Both the position numbers and the translations under genes were made by a program. From NCBI GenBank assembly GCA_964433135.1, contig CAYSQW010000010.1:15758-79757 (forward strand): a stretch of DNA of 64,000 bases, in the 5' to 3' direction. This document shows positions 37,982 through 48,139 of the stretch, piece after piece; the first letter of the stretch is position 1, and each line of letters opens with the position of its first letter. Source of the stretch: an uncultured Eubacteriales bacterium (GTDB taxonomy: Bacteria > Acidobacteriota > Aminicenantia > Aminicenantales > Aminicenantaceae). Under the pieces are notes generated by a model, which worked only from the letters and a program-made list of their open reading frames with translations, searched no databases and was not told where the DNA came from.

Positions 37982-39289
37982 ATGACCGGCGCCATTTTGC
38001 GGATTCTGCTTTTAACCGTCAGCCTGTATCCATTTGCTTCCGCACAAAACATCGAGGAGGAGAAAATCATGTCCCGGCGCATCGATTACCAGATCGAAAA
38101 ATATAAAGCGGAAATCATCAAAACCCGCCGCTTCATCCATATGAATCCGGAGCTGAGCAATCGCGAATTCGAAACCGCCAAACTGGTCGCCTCCACACTC
38201 ATGTCCTACGGCCTGGAAGTGAGAACCGGCATCGCCAGGACCGGAGTGGTCGCCCTGCTGCGCGGTTCCCAACCCGGATTTACCGTCGGCATCCGTGCCG
38301 ACATGGATGCTCTCCCCATACAGGAGATGACGTCCCTGAGCTATAAATCGCTCAATCCCGGCGTCATGCACGCCTGCGGCCACGATATCCATACCGCCGT
38401 GGCTATCGGAACCGCAATGGTCATGAGCCAGTTGAAAGGTCAGATCAAAGGCAACATAAAATTTATCTTCCAACCGGCCGAAGAAGGCCCCCCGCCCGGC
38501 GAAGCGGGAGGGGCTTCCCTGATGCTGGAACAAGGCATCCTCGACAATCCGCCCGTCGGCGCCGTCTTCGGACTTCACACTTGGCCGGAAGCCGATGTCG
38601 GCACGGTCCTGTTTTCGCCCGGCCCCATCATGGCCAGTTCGGATGGATTTGAAATCATTTTAAAAGGCAGGGGCTCCCACGGCGCCCGTCCGCATGAAGG
38701 CGTTGACGCCGTCACGCTCGCCGCACAGACCATACTCACTCTCCAATCGCTCATCGACCGCCGGATTGACGCCACAGATCCGGCCGTTATCACCATCGGC
38801 AAAATCGAAGGCGGCACGCGCGCCAACATCCTGGCCGAGCAAGTAAGCCTGGCCGGCACGGTAAGAACCTTGAGCCTTGAGAATAGAGAGCGGATCCCAC
38901 GTCTAATTGAAGGGGCCCTGAAGGGTATATCGACCGCCTATGACGCATCTTATGAGCTGAATTATCGAAAAGGTCATCCCGTGGTATACAATCATCCTCA
39001 ATTGGCCAAGGCCATGCAACCGACCCTACTTAAAGCGCTGGGCGAAGATCATGTCGGCCCGTTGGAACCGCAGATGATATCAGAAGATTTTTCCTATTTC
39101 TGTCAGCAAGTCCCTGTCTTCTTTTTCTTTCTGGGAGTCCGGCCCCGGGGAATGAAAGAGATGCCGCCGCTGCATAATCCCTACTACAATCCGGACGAGG
39201 AAAGCCTGACGGTCGGGATTCGAACCATGTGCCACCTTCTGCTGGACTGTCTGGAGTTGCAGAGCACCCTGGAAACCCACAGGCCCTAG
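37982..39289 (+). CDS. M20D-family amidohydrolase (N-acyl-amino acid amidohydrolase / hippuricase-like)
   Basis: IHMNPELSNREF, MHACGHD and QPAEEG motifs. The long form begins with a Sec-type signal peptide (MTGAILRILLLTVSLYPFASA-QN). An alternative SD-led start is at ATG 38069. Confidence 0.85.
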   Translation: MTGAILRILLLTVSLYPFASAQNIEEEKIMSRRIDYQIEKYKAEIIKTRRFIHMNPELSNREFETAKLVASTLMSYGLEVRTGIARTGVVALLRGSQPGFTVGIRADMDALPIQEMTSLSYKSLNPGVMHACGHDIHTAVAIGTAMVMSQLKGQIKGNIKFIFQPAEEGPPPGEAGGASLMLEQGILDNPPVGAVFGLHTWPEADVGTVLFSPGPIMASSDGFEIILKGRGSHGARPHEGVDAVTLAAQTILTLQSLIDRRIDATDPAVITIGKIEGGTRANILAEQVSLAGTVRTLSLENRERIPRLIEGALKGISTAYDASYELNYRKGHPVVYNHPQLAKAMQPTLLKALGEDHVGPLEPQMISEDFSYFCQQVPVFFFFLGVRPRGMKEMPPLHNPYYNPDEESLTVGIRTMCHLLLDCLELQSTLETHRP

Positions 39290-39298
39290 CTCTTCGCA

Positions 39299-41674
39299 AT
39301 GACGCAGCCTTTTCTATATCTGACACTATCTTTGACGGCGGGGATCCTGCTTGCCTTTTATTGTCCGCTTCCGCAGATCGTATACCTGCCGGCCATGCTG
39401 ATATGCCTGTCCGCGGCGTGGCTCCGCCTGATCCTGATCCGCCTGCGCTCGGCTCTGGTTTGGAGCCTGATTTGCATGGGTTTTTTAGGGGGTACGCTGA
39501 TAACGCATACCAGAAACTCCATCGATAAAAGCCCCCTGCACCAAATGGATTCCAATACATATATCGATATCAAGGGAACCCTGATCCGCACCCCTTCTCT
39601 TGGAAAAGACAGGATTTTGCTGTTCCTTGAAGTGGGATCGGCCCGGACCGACCGGCGCGAAATCCCGGTTCGGGGAAACGTCAGGATCTCCGTCCCTCTA
39701 ACCGAGACGGCGCGTCGAATCCAATTCTACCAGGTGCACGATCGGATTCAAGCAGCCGTCAAACTCATTTCCATCCGGGATTATGAAAATTTTCAAACAC
39801 CCCGCACGGATATCATGCTCAAAAGTCAGGGTATCGTCCGGTATGCTTTCTGCAAAAGCCCGCTGCTCATCCAACGATTGAAAAAAGCCTCTCGATTCGA
39901 TCCGCTGCGCCTGATATCATCGGTTCGTCTGTCGATGCTCACGGCCCTACGCAGAGGATTCCCCGTATCCGGGCCCAACGGCGATTACGGCGCCGTCATT
40001 GAAGCCCTGCTTCTGGGAGAAAGGGACCGCATCCCCGTCGAAATGACCCGGGGCCTTCAAAAAGCCGGTCTTTACCACCTGTTCGCTATTTCGGGCGCTC
40101 ATATCGCGATCATCTCTTTTCTCCTTTTTTCCCTGCTGAAAGCCGTCGGGCTATCCCCCCGGACTTCCACCCTGTGTCTCCTCGTGGTTTTGGTATTCTA
40201 CGCCTTTTTGGTCGAAGGCAGGCCGTCCGTTCTTCGAGCCACGCTCATGGCCGCGGCATATTGTATCGGCAAGCTCTTGTGGAACGATGTGAACCTGCTC
40301 AACACCCTGGCCGCCAGCGCCTTTGCTCTCCTGATCTTCAATCCTTTTCGAATTTTCGCATTGGGCTTTCAATTAACCTACGCCGCCACGCTTTCCATCA
40401 TCCTTTTCTATCCGAAAGTCATCAAACACCTTCCGCGCCTGCCCATGCGTCTCAGCGAAATATTCGCCATCACACTCACCGCCCAGATGGGCGTGCTGCC
40501 CCTTTGCGCCTGCGCTTTCAACCGGATCACTCCATCCGCCCTTCTCCTCAACTATGCCGGCCTGCCTCTCATATCCGTGCTTTTGATCCTGGGATTTCTT
40601 TTTCTTCTCCTGACGGGAATAGGAGTGGAACCGATTTCGCTGATAACCGGTCCAATCCGGATTACGATCGATCTTTTGATCGGAGCTTCTCATCTCTTCG
40701 ACCGGATCCCTTACCTCTCCTACCGTATCTCTACCCCCCCTGCCGCGATACCGGCTGCCTATGTTTTTTCAGGACTGGCTCTGTTGGCTCCCCGCCGATT
40801 CAAAGGTCAGCGTACGGCCGCGGCCTTACTCTTCATCGCTTCGGCCGTGCTTCTAGCCACCTCCCCCTTTTCTTCTTCTACCGGAAACCTGAAAGTGACG
40901 TTTCTCGATGTGGGACAGGGAGATTCCATTTTGATCGAGTTTCCCGGAAGAAAAAAAATGCTTATCGACGGCGGAGGACTGCGTGAAGAACGATTCGATA
41001 TCGGAGAACATGTCGTCTCCCGTTTCCTCTGGAACAAGGGGATTCGTTCCCTCGACATCCTGGCTTTGACACATGCACACCCCGACCATATCAACGGCTT
41101 GAAGGCGGTGGCCCGCAATTTCAGGATCAGGGAATTCTGGCGGTCCGAAATCCCTCCCCATGATCCGAATTTTCAAGCCTTTTCCTCTTTCCTGGGAACA
41201 TCCGTTCGACGAAAACATCTTTACCGGGGAGATTTCCGAGTTTTCGGGCTCGTCCGGATCGATGTTCTGCATCCCCCGAGATCCTCCGGAGAATCCCGGG
41301 ACCACAATGAGCAATCCCTTGTGCTGCGATTGACTTATGGGGACACATCTTTTTTGCTGACGGGAGACATAGGCCGATCTTCGGAAAAGATCATCCTGAC
41401 CCGAGATGGAGTTATCGGAAGCCGGGTGCTCAAGTCTCCCCATCACGGCAGCCGCAACTCCAGTTCACCTGAATTCCTGCGCGCCATTTCTCCCGATATC
41501 ATCGTGATCACGGTGGGCGAAGGAAATCCCTACGGTCTTCCCCATACCGAAGTACAAGAGCGATATGAAAACCTCGGAAGCCGCATCTTCCGAACCGACC
41601 TCCACGGAGCGGTCGAAATCTCTTCGGATGGAAAAAACCTTCGGGTCCGGACGGCTTGCGGAAAACCCGAATAA
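39299..41674 (+). CDS. comEC: DNA internalisation competence protein ComEC/Rec2 (with metallo-beta-lactamase domain)
   Basis: Polytopic competence domain (GLYHLFAISGAHIAI) and a C-terminal MBL domain (VTFLDVGQGDS, LTHAHPDH, SPHHGS). Confidence 0.9.
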   Translation: MTQPFLYLTLSLTAGILLAFYCPLPQIVYLPAMLICLSAAWLRLILIRLRSALVWSLICMGFLGGTLITHTRNSIDKSPLHQMDSNTYIDIKGTLIRTPSLGKDRILLFLEVGSARTDRREIPVRGNVRISVPLTETARRIQFYQVHDRIQAAVKLISIRDYENFQTPRTDIMLKSQGIVRYAFCKSPLLIQRLKKASRFDPLRLISSVRLSMLTALRRGFPVSGPNGDYGAVIEALLLGERDRIPVEMTRGLQKAGLYHLFAISGAHIAIISFLLFSLLKAVGLSPRTSTLCLLVVLVFYAFLVEGRPSVLRATLMAAAYCIGKLLWNDVNLLNTLAASAFALLIFNPFRIFALGFQLTYAATLSIILFYPKVIKHLPRLPMRLSEIFAITLTAQMGVLPLCACAFNRITPSALLLNYAGLPLISVLLILGFLFLLLTGIGVEPISLITGPIRITIDLLIGASHLFDRIPYLSYRISTPPAAIPAAYVFSGLALLAPRRFKGQRTAAALLFIASAVLLATSPFSSSTGNLKVTFLDVGQGDSILIEFPGRKKMLIDGGGLREERFDIGEHVVSRFLWNKGIRSLDILALTHAHPDHINGLKAVARNFRIREFWRSEIPPHDPNFQAFSSFLGTSVRRKHLYRGDFRVFGLVRIDVLHPPRSSGESRDHNEQSLVLRLTYGDTSFLLTGDIGRSSEKIILTRDGVIGSRVLKSPHHGSRNSSSPEFLRAISPDIIVITVGEGNPYGLPHTEVQERYENLGSRIFRTDLHGAVEISSDGKNLRVRTACGKPE

Positions 41675-41799
41675 ACTTGCAACGGAAAGCAGGTCTCCCA
41701 CCGTCTTTCGATCCCTTTTTTCTAATCTTTCCACTTTCCATGCCCCCTTGAGACAGCCGATCCGAGCGGAAATTTCATCATGTGCTCACCCTCGAATTT

Positions 41800-41828
41800 T
41801 TGACATGGATGTCAACTTCAATTATATT
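41800..41828 (+). promoter_or_regulatory. Candidate sigma-70 promoter (TTGACA-17-TATATT) whose -35 lies in a 16-bp palindrome
   Basis: TTGACATggATGTCAA at 41800-41815 has perfect 7-bp arms. TATATT at 41823-41828, 19 nt upstream of ATG 41848. Confidence 0.35.
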
Positions 41829-41847
41829 GTGAAAGAAGGATCGAAAC

Positions 41848-42369
41848 ATGAAACGATTCATATTCGGGGGATTGATCATATGCTTGACCGCCGGTTTCCT
41901 CTCGGGTCAAAGTCTTGTCGAGCTGGCCAAAAAGGAAAAAGCCCGACGTGAAAACCTGCAAGGAAAAAAAGGACGCGTCATCACCAATGCCGATTTGAAA
42001 AAAGTCGATAAGACGGCGGCCCTGATTTCGACACCGAATCGCGCCCCCGATCCGAAAAGGACGCGGTTGAACTCACCGGCGCCCCGCCCCCCAAGTCGAG
42101 AACCGAACTCCTCTTCAGCCACTCGGGATATCGACAGCAAGCCTTCGGCCCCATCCCAGGACCTGGAAAAAGAATGGCGTGAATCCAATCAACTCGTCAC
42201 GCTGCTCACCACCAAGATGAACGGATTGTGGCAGGAATTCTACAGCCTGGATGATATGCGAGACCGCGGAAGCATCCAGAAAGAGATCAGCGACACCTAC
42301 CTGGAGCTGCAAAAAGCGCAACAGAACGTCTTGCGGCTCAAAGAAGAGCGCGATTCAAAAAAGAGATAG
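41848..42369 (+). CDS. Hypothetical secreted protein (signal peptide, Pro/Ser-rich linker, C-terminal coiled coil)
   Basis: MKRFIFGGLIICLTAGFLSGQS signal-like N-terminus, a low-complexity middle and a helical C-terminus. SD GAAGGA upstream. Confidence 0.6.
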   Translation: MKRFIFGGLIICLTAGFLSGQSLVELAKKEKARRENLQGKKGRVITNADLKKVDKTAALISTPNRAPDPKRTRLNSPAPRPPSREPNSSSATRDIDSKPSAPSQDLEKEWRESNQLVTLLTTKMNGLWQEFYSLDDMRDRGSIQKEISDTYLELQKAQQNVLRLKEERDSKKR

Positions 42370-42405
42370 ACTTATCTCCACGACCGGGTCGAAGACGACT
42401 GCGAC

Positions 42406-43272
42406 TCAACGGAAATACAGAAAAGAGATTTGAAGACCCAGCTCCCGTTGATCGTTCGAGTTGGGGATGATCTGAGCGGGGACGAACACTTTGTCCGTTG
42501 CCACGATCAGGAAAAATTCATCTTTATCTCCGAGCATCTCCTTTTTTATATTGTAGGTCTTCTCAAAATGGCTCTGCTCGGGGATGAATTCATCCAGGAT
42601 GAGGTCGTTTATCTTAAAGATCACTTTTTGATCTTCCAGCGCTTCCAGGTTTAAACCGCCCTTGATCACGAGCAGAGCATCCCTTCCCGGATTGTCGATA
42701 ATGCACCGGGCTTCTTTCGACGTCCACCGCCACTGTTTCTGAAAAGAATCCGGGTTGATTTCCAAGTCGAACCACCCCTCCTCGTAAACGATCTCCGGAG
42801 TGTCCAGAGGAGGAGGCGTCAGCTTCAGCTTTTTTGAGACGATTTCCTGTTTGGCTTTTCCGGTACGGTCATAAGGAGAGTAGAATCCGATGGACATCCG
42901 AAGGGTTTCTTCACCGCTGAAATCAGGATCGAATTCATCGATGAAGGTGGGGATAAAGATACGCGCGGCATACCGGTATTCTTTTCCGGCTTCCCACTGC
43001 GTTGTGGGAATCTCGGGGGAATAGTCGGCCTGGAACAGCAAATTCGTTTTGTGCCAGAAGTGGATGAAAACATCGAAATCCTGGGCCATTTTTTCAAAAT
43101 CAGCATCCGTGGTCCAGATCAACTCCATATCCGTCATCAAGTTGTCCGAGAGTTTCTCTTCGGAAAACTGCACGTCCAGAGTTATCCCCTTGACCGGGGC
43201 TTTATTTTTACACTGAAAAGTAACCAAAGCCAGCAGGATTACCAAACCCGCTGTCGTCGTTTTTTTCCACAT
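42406..43272 (-). CDS. Hypothetical lipoprotein
   Basis: Start placed at MWKKTTTAGLVILLALVTFQC (lipobox-like TFQC). About 288 aa with no family I can name. Confidence 0.6.
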   Translation of the reverse strand: MWKKTTTAGLVILLALVTFQCKNKAPVKGITLDVQFSEEKLSDNLMTDMELIWTTDADFEKMAQDFDVFIHFWHKTNLLFQADYSPEIPTTQWEAGKEYRYAARIFIPTFIDEFDPDFSGEETLRMSIGFYSPYDRTGKAKQEIVSKKLKLTPPPLDTPEIVYEEGWFDLEINPDSFQKQWRWTSKEARCIIDNPGRDALLVIKGGLNLEALEDQKVIFKINDLILDEFIPEQSHFEKTYNIKKEMLGDKDEFFLIVATDKVFVPAQIIPNSNDQRELGLQISFLYFR

Positions 43273-43421
43273 CCGATGCCTCCTTATCAAACTTTCAGCA
43301 GTATTATAAAGAATCACCCCTTTGAAGTAAAGCCGGGGGAAAAGATCCTCCGTTTGCAATACAGACGGTTTCCTCCGCAGCTTCCTCCCGTTGAAGCGAA
43401 ATTGAAAGCGGCTGAATAATC

Positions 43422-44444
43422 ATGTATCATAGCTTCCTGATGGCCCTCCTCATGCTGTTTTTTTCCTGGATAAACCGGTTCGCCTGCCGGCTGCAGGATT
43501 TGTCGATCCGCCTGAACCTCCGGCCTCCTTACAAAGCACCGCTTCCCGTTGTCAGCATCGGCAATATAACCCATGGAGGTTCCGGTAAGACCCCACTGGC
43601 GATCGCCATGCTTTCTTTCCTGCTTGAAAACGGATACCGCCCCGCCTTGATTTCACGGGGATACAAAGGCCGATGGGAGCAGGACGGAGGAATTCTGTCG
43701 CTGGGGAACGGACTTTTGGGAAACTGCGAGGAAGCAGGGGATGAAGCCGTGATGGCGGCGCGAGCCGTTCCCCGGGCGGGAGTTTTTCTGGGAAAACATC
43801 GCCTTCTCTCCTGCCGGCGCGCTTATGAAAAGGGATTTTATCCCGCCGTTTTAGATGATGGTTTTCAGCACCGGCGGCTTGCACGCGACATCGATATCGT
43901 TCTTTGCGACCGGACGCACGGGTGGGAGTTGAGAGAATCCCCCGCCGCTCTCGCGCGCGCCGATTTTCTGCTTCTCAACCGGGGTCTGGGATCCGGAGAA
44001 CGCCACCGCTTGGAGTCCCTTGCCCCCCGCGCCCATTGCTACTCCTATGAAACCGTTCCCGACAGCTTGATTCGTTTGGGAGCAAAGTCCACGATGCCCG
44101 CCGGGGATGCGGCAAAAGAACGAGCTGTCGCGTTCAGCGCCATCGCCCGCCCTCATAGATTTTACTCCCTTCTCGAGCGGACCGGGATCGTTCCCATCGC
44201 CCGGATATCTTTCCCCGACCATCACGCCTATCCCGAGTCTTCCCGGCGGCGCATCCGACGCATGTACGAAGAAAAAGACGGAAGCATCCTCATCACGACT
44301 GAAAAGGACGCCGTCAAACTATCTTCCATGCCTTTTTTTGCGAATCTGCCGGTTTATTATCTAAAAATCGCATTGGAAGTCGACGGCGGTTTTTATGAGG
44401 AAGTCCTCATCCGACTGGCAGAGCTCAATGACCGCGAGCCTTAA
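43422..44444 (+). CDS. lpxK: Tetraacyldisaccharide 4'-kinase
   Basis: P-loop VSIGNITHGGSGKTP and a LISRGY motif. 340 aa. Confidence 0.88.
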   Translation: MYHSFLMALLMLFFSWINRFACRLQDLSIRLNLRPPYKAPLPVVSIGNITHGGSGKTPLAIAMLSFLLENGYRPALISRGYKGRWEQDGGILSLGNGLLGNCEEAGDEAVMAARAVPRAGVFLGKHRLLSCRRAYEKGFYPAVLDDGFQHRRLARDIDIVLCDRTHGWELRESPAALARADFLLLNRGLGSGERHRLESLAPRAHCYSYETVPDSLIRLGAKSTMPAGDAAKERAVAFSAIARPHRFYSLLERTGIVPIARISFPDHHAYPESSRRRIRRMYEEKDGSILITTEKDAVKLSSMPFFANLPVYYLKIALEVDGGFYEEVLIRLAELNDREP

Positions 44445-44528
44445 ATCAGAACGTCTATATCCCAAATCATCCAAATGCCCCGCCGGGGATTCCGAATTGA
44501 TTCCGCCTTTTCTCGCAGTCCACCGGGT

Positions 44529-44558
44529 TTGACATTTCCCCCGCGGCTGTACTATAAA
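44529..44558 (+). promoter_or_regulatory. Candidate sigma-70 promoter upstream of the lpxL-like gene (TTGACA-18-TATAAA)
   Basis: TTGACA 44529-44534, TATAAA 44553-44558, about 80 nt upstream of ATG 44641. Confidence 0.25.
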
Positions 44559-44640
44559 AAGGTACTTGCAGCGGCATGATTGTGTCCGGTCCCAAGCCGC
44601 TTTCTTCGGGGACGGATGAGTATTCAAACCGACGATACCT

Positions 44641-45567
44641 ATGGCAAAAAGCAATAATCCCATTCCCGCCTGGATTTTCAGCACGGTTCAGCTGTTATCA
44701 GCCGCCCTGCCTCGATCGCTCTTTCTTTGGAAGGGACGACTTGTCGGTCGATTGGCATATGCGATGGATAAACAGCATCGGCGGCTTGCCCTCTCCAATC
44801 TGGCTCAGGCATTTCAAAAAGAACTCTCGGAACGAAAGCGAAAAGCCATTGCCCGCAGATCCTTCGTTCATTTCGGCGAGCTTTTTTTTGACTTGATCAA
44901 ACTATCCACCATGAAACCGGAACGCATACGCCGCCTCATCGATTTTAAAGGGGAAGAACATCTGCGCCGGGCGCTCGCTCAGAATCGGGGCGCCCTGATC
45001 ATTTCCGCTCATTTCGGCAACTGGGAGATAGCTCCTTTCCTGATTTCTAAAATAGCGCCTTTGTATGTCATCGCCCGTCCGTTCGACAACCGCCCACTCG
45101 AGCACAGAATGATCGCGCTGCGGGAGCATTTCGGGGCTCGGGTCATCTATAAACAAAAAGCTTCGAGACACATTCTTCGCGCGCTGCGGGAAAAATCCGT
45201 CGTCGCCATCCTGATCGATCAGAACGTCCTGCGGGAACACGCCGTATTCGTGGATTTTTTTGGGAAGTCCGCGGCGACAACCCCCGGCGCCGCAACCTTT
45301 CACTTGAGAACCGGGGCGCCTATACTCCCGGTCTTTTCCTACCCCGTTTCCGGCCGCCGCTACCGTATTGAGATCATGCCCGCTCTGCATTTCCCCCACA
45401 CGGAGGAAAACGACCGGGACTTGACGTCCATCACGCAAACATGTACGGACGTCATCGAGTCTAAAATCCGCGAGCGCCCTCATCTCTGGCTCTGGTTTCA
45501 CGACCGTTGGAGATCCCGGCCGGCATCTGATTCGAACGCCTCTGCTGCCGGCGCGTGTGAAGATTGA
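44641..45567 (+). CDS. Lipid A biosynthesis (Kdo2-lipid IVA) acyltransferase, LpxL/HtrB family
   Basis: ISAHFGNWE (H-x-x-x-x-E/D acyltransferase motif), PGAATFHLRTGAPILPVF and PHLWLWFHDRW. Adjacent to lpxK. Confidence 0.82.
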   Translation: MAKSNNPIPAWIFSTVQLLSAALPRSLFLWKGRLVGRLAYAMDKQHRRLALSNLAQAFQKELSERKRKAIARRSFVHFGELFFDLIKLSTMKPERIRRLIDFKGEEHLRRALAQNRGALIISAHFGNWEIAPFLISKIAPLYVIARPFDNRPLEHRMIALREHFGARVIYKQKASRHILRALREKSVVAILIDQNVLREHAVFVDFFGKSAATTPGAATFHLRTGAPILPVFSYPVSGRRYRIEIMPALHFPHTEENDRDLTSITQTCTDVIESKIRERPHLWLWFHDRWRSRPASDSNASAAGACED

Positions 45568-45645
45568 TTGTTCATTTGGTCCGTTTTTGTGTATGATGGA
45601 TTAAGGAACCGAATCCCGCTTAATTTCAAGCTGAAGGACAAACCC

Positions 45646-46389
45646 ATGCGAAAAAACAATCGAACATTCGAGCAGATCCGGCCCACTCAATTCACGACCG
45701 ACTTTATCCAGACAGCCGACGGATCCGCCCTTATCGAAATGGGAAAAACCCGAGTGATCGCCACAGCGACGATCGAAGAGAAAGTTCCCTCATTCCTTAA
45801 GGGAAACGGAAGCGGATGGATCACGGCGGAATACGCCATGCTGCCCCGTGCTACGGCCAAGCGAACGGTGAGAGAAAGATTCACCGGCCGTTTGTCGGGA
45901 AGGACCCAGGAAATTCAACGTTTGATCGGAAGGGCGCTGCGAGCGGCGACCGATCTGAAAGCTCTTGGTGAAAGAACCATCATAATAGACTGTGATGTTA
46001 TTCAAGCCGATGGAGGAACGCGATGCGCCTCCATCAACGTCGGGTGCGTTGCGCTGGCGATGGCTCTCATCAAACTGATGGAATCCAAAGCCATTAACCG
46101 GATGCCTCTCAAGCACCTGGTCAGCGCCGTCAGCGTCGGGATCGTCAGAAAAAAGATTCTGTTGGACCTGGATTATTCCGAAGATTCGAGGGCGGACATC
46201 GATATGAACGTCGTAAAAACGGATTCCGGAGAAATCGTCGAGATTCAGGCGGCCGCGGAAAAAGACCCATTCCCCAGAGAAAGCCTGGACTCCTTGTTGG
46301 AACTCGCCGACACAGGCATCAAGGAGATCACATCGATTCAAAAGTCCGTTCTTAAAAAGACCAGTCTTCTTTTCATGGCATACGGATAA
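45646..46389 (+). CDS. rph: Ribonuclease PH
   Basis: [56 protein letters not shown]. Start at ATG 45646. Confidence 0.93.
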   Translation: MRKNNRTFEQIRPTQFTTDFIQTADGSALIEMGKTRVIATATIEEKVPSFLKGNGSGWITAEYAMLPRATAKRTVRERFTGRLSGRTQEIQRLIGRALRAATDLKALGERTIIIDCDVIQADGGTRCASINVGCVALAMALIKLMESKAINRMPLKHLVSAVSVGIVRKKILLDLDYSEDSRADIDMNVVKTDSGEIVEIQAAAEKDPFPRESLDSLLELADTGIKEITSIQKSVLKKTSLLFMAYG

Positions 46390-46429
46390 CGGACCGACGC
46401 GGATCCAACGGGTCCGGAAGGAGAGAGGC

Positions 46430-47380
46430 ATGAAACGTATCCTGGTTACGGGTGGAGCAGGATTCATCGGCAGCCACCTCTGTGACATCTTGCTGGAGGA
46501 GGGGGCCGATGTCATATGCGCCGACAACTTTTTTTCGGGAAGCAAGGACAATATCCGGCATCTCTTCTCTCATCCCTATTTTGAATTGATCCGGCATGAC
46601 GTGATTCACCCTCTCTTTGTCGAAGTAGACCGGATCTACCACCTAGCCTGCCCGGCATCTCCCATCCACTACCAGTATAATGCCATCAAAACCATTAAAA
46701 CCAACGTGATGGGAACCCTGAATATGCTGGGATTGACCAAACGCATCAAAGCCCGCATCCTGCTCGCCTCCACTTCAGAGGTCTACGGAAATCCTGAAAT
46801 CCATCCTCAACCGGAGAGCTACTGGGGTCATGTCAACCCCATCGGAATCCGCAGCTGCTACGATGAAGGCAAACGTGTGGCGGAAACACTGATGATGGAT
46901 TACCACCGGCAAAACCGGGCCGATGCGAAGATCGTTCGTATTTTCAATACCTACGGGCCGCGCATGGCGGTCGATGACGGACGCGTGGTCAGCAATTTTA
47001 TCGTTCAAGCTCTGATGGGAAAGCCTCTCACCATTTATGGGGCAGGCACCCAGACCCGATCTTTCTGCTTCATTTCCGACCTTATCTCCGCGCTCCGGAA
47101 AATGATGGCGGCGGATGATCTCGTCGGTCCCGTCAATCTCGGAAATCCGAGTGAATGCACGATCCTGGAGCTGGCCGAAAAGATCCTGCGGCTTACGAAA
47201 AGCTCATCGAAAATCATCCATGAATCCCTGCCGCCGGACGATCCGGGACAGCGCTGCCCGGATATATCTCTGGCCGAAAGCAAGCTCGGATGGCAGCCCC
47301 GGGTGGAATTGGAGGAAGGATTGGGACAGACCATCGAATACTTCAGAAAACGCCTGTCTGAAAAAGAGACCACGTTATGA
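46430..47380 (+). CDS. UDP-glucuronate decarboxylase (UDP-xylose synthase-type SDR)
   Basis: [56 protein letters not shown]. Confidence 0.88.
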   Translation: MKRILVTGGAGFIGSHLCDILLEEGADVICADNFFSGSKDNIRHLFSHPYFELIRHDVIHPLFVEVDRIYHLACPASPIHYQYNAIKTIKTNVMGTLNMLGLTKRIKARILLASTSEVYGNPEIHPQPESYWGHVNPIGIRSCYDEGKRVAETLMMDYHRQNRADAKIVRIFNTYGPRMAVDDGRVVSNFIVQALMGKPLTIYGAGTQTRSFCFISDLISALRKMMAADDLVGPVNLGNPSECTILELAEKILRLTKSSSKIIHESLPPDDPGQRCPDISLAESKLGWQPRVELEEGLGQTIEYFRKRLSEKETTL

Positions 47381-48063
47381 AGCTCTCAATAGTCGTTCCG
47401 GTGTACAACGAAAAGGGGACCATCAGGGAAATCCTCCGCAGGATTCAGGAAGTGGATACGGGCCTTGAAAAAGAGATCATCGTCGTAAATGACGCCTCGA
47501 GTGACGGAACCCGTGAAATTCTGGAAACCATTGATGATCCTTCCATTCGGATCTTCCATCACGATAAAAACGGGGGGAAAGGCCGCGCCCTGCAAACCGG
47601 CTTTTCCATGGCTCAAGGCGATATCATCCTGATTCAGGATGCCGACCTGGAATATGATCCGCGGGAATATTCCATGCTTCTGGCCCCTATCCTGGATAAC
47701 CGTGCGGATGCGGTTTACGGATCACGATTCCTCGGAGGTCCCCATCGAGTCTTGTTTTTCTGGCACTATGCCGGAAATCGGCTGCTCACAACGCTTTCCA
47801 ACATGCTGTCAAACATCAATCTAACGGATATGGAAACCTGCTATAAGGTCATCACCCGCCCTTTCCTGGACCGTATTAAGATTAAATCAAGGCGTTTCGG
47901 TTGTGAGCCGGAAATTACAATGAAGCTGGCCAGACTCAACGCCCGTATCTATGAAGTCCCGATATCTTATTCGGGACGCGACTACCGTGAAGGGAAAAAA
48001 ATCGGATGGAAGGACGGGCTGGCGGCGCTGTTCCATTTATTTCGCTTTAAATTTTTTGATTGA
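47377..48063 (+). CDS. Family 2 glycosyltransferase (polyprenyl-phosphate sugar synthase-like)
   Basis: [28 protein letters not shown] (DxD). 228 aa. The start overlaps the upstream stop (ATGA). Confidence 0.82.
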   Translation: MKLSIVVPVYNEKGTIREILRRIQEVDTGLEKEIIVVNDASSDGTREILETIDDPSIRIFHHDKNGGKGRALQTGFSMAQGDIILIQDADLEYDPREYSMLLAPILDNRADAVYGSRFLGGPHRVLFFWHYAGNRLLTTLSNMLSNINLTDMETCYKVITRPFLDRIKIKSRRFGCEPEITMKLARLNARIYEVPISYSGRDYREGKKIGWKDGLAALFHLFRFKFFD

Positions 48064-48103
48064 AATTAAAAAATAAATGCTTTTATTAAAAATATTTACC
48101 CCT

Positions 48104-48139
48104 TATAATAGGTTATTATTTTCCCTCATCGAATGAGGG
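48104..48139 (+). promoter_or_regulatory. TATAAT -10 element and perfect 7-bp stem hairpin in the AT-rich leader of the flotillin gene
   Basis: TATAAT 48104-48109. Hairpin CCCTCAT-cga-ATGAGGG at 48123-48139. Strong SD AGGAGG 48152-48157 before ATG 48163. Confidence 0.3.
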
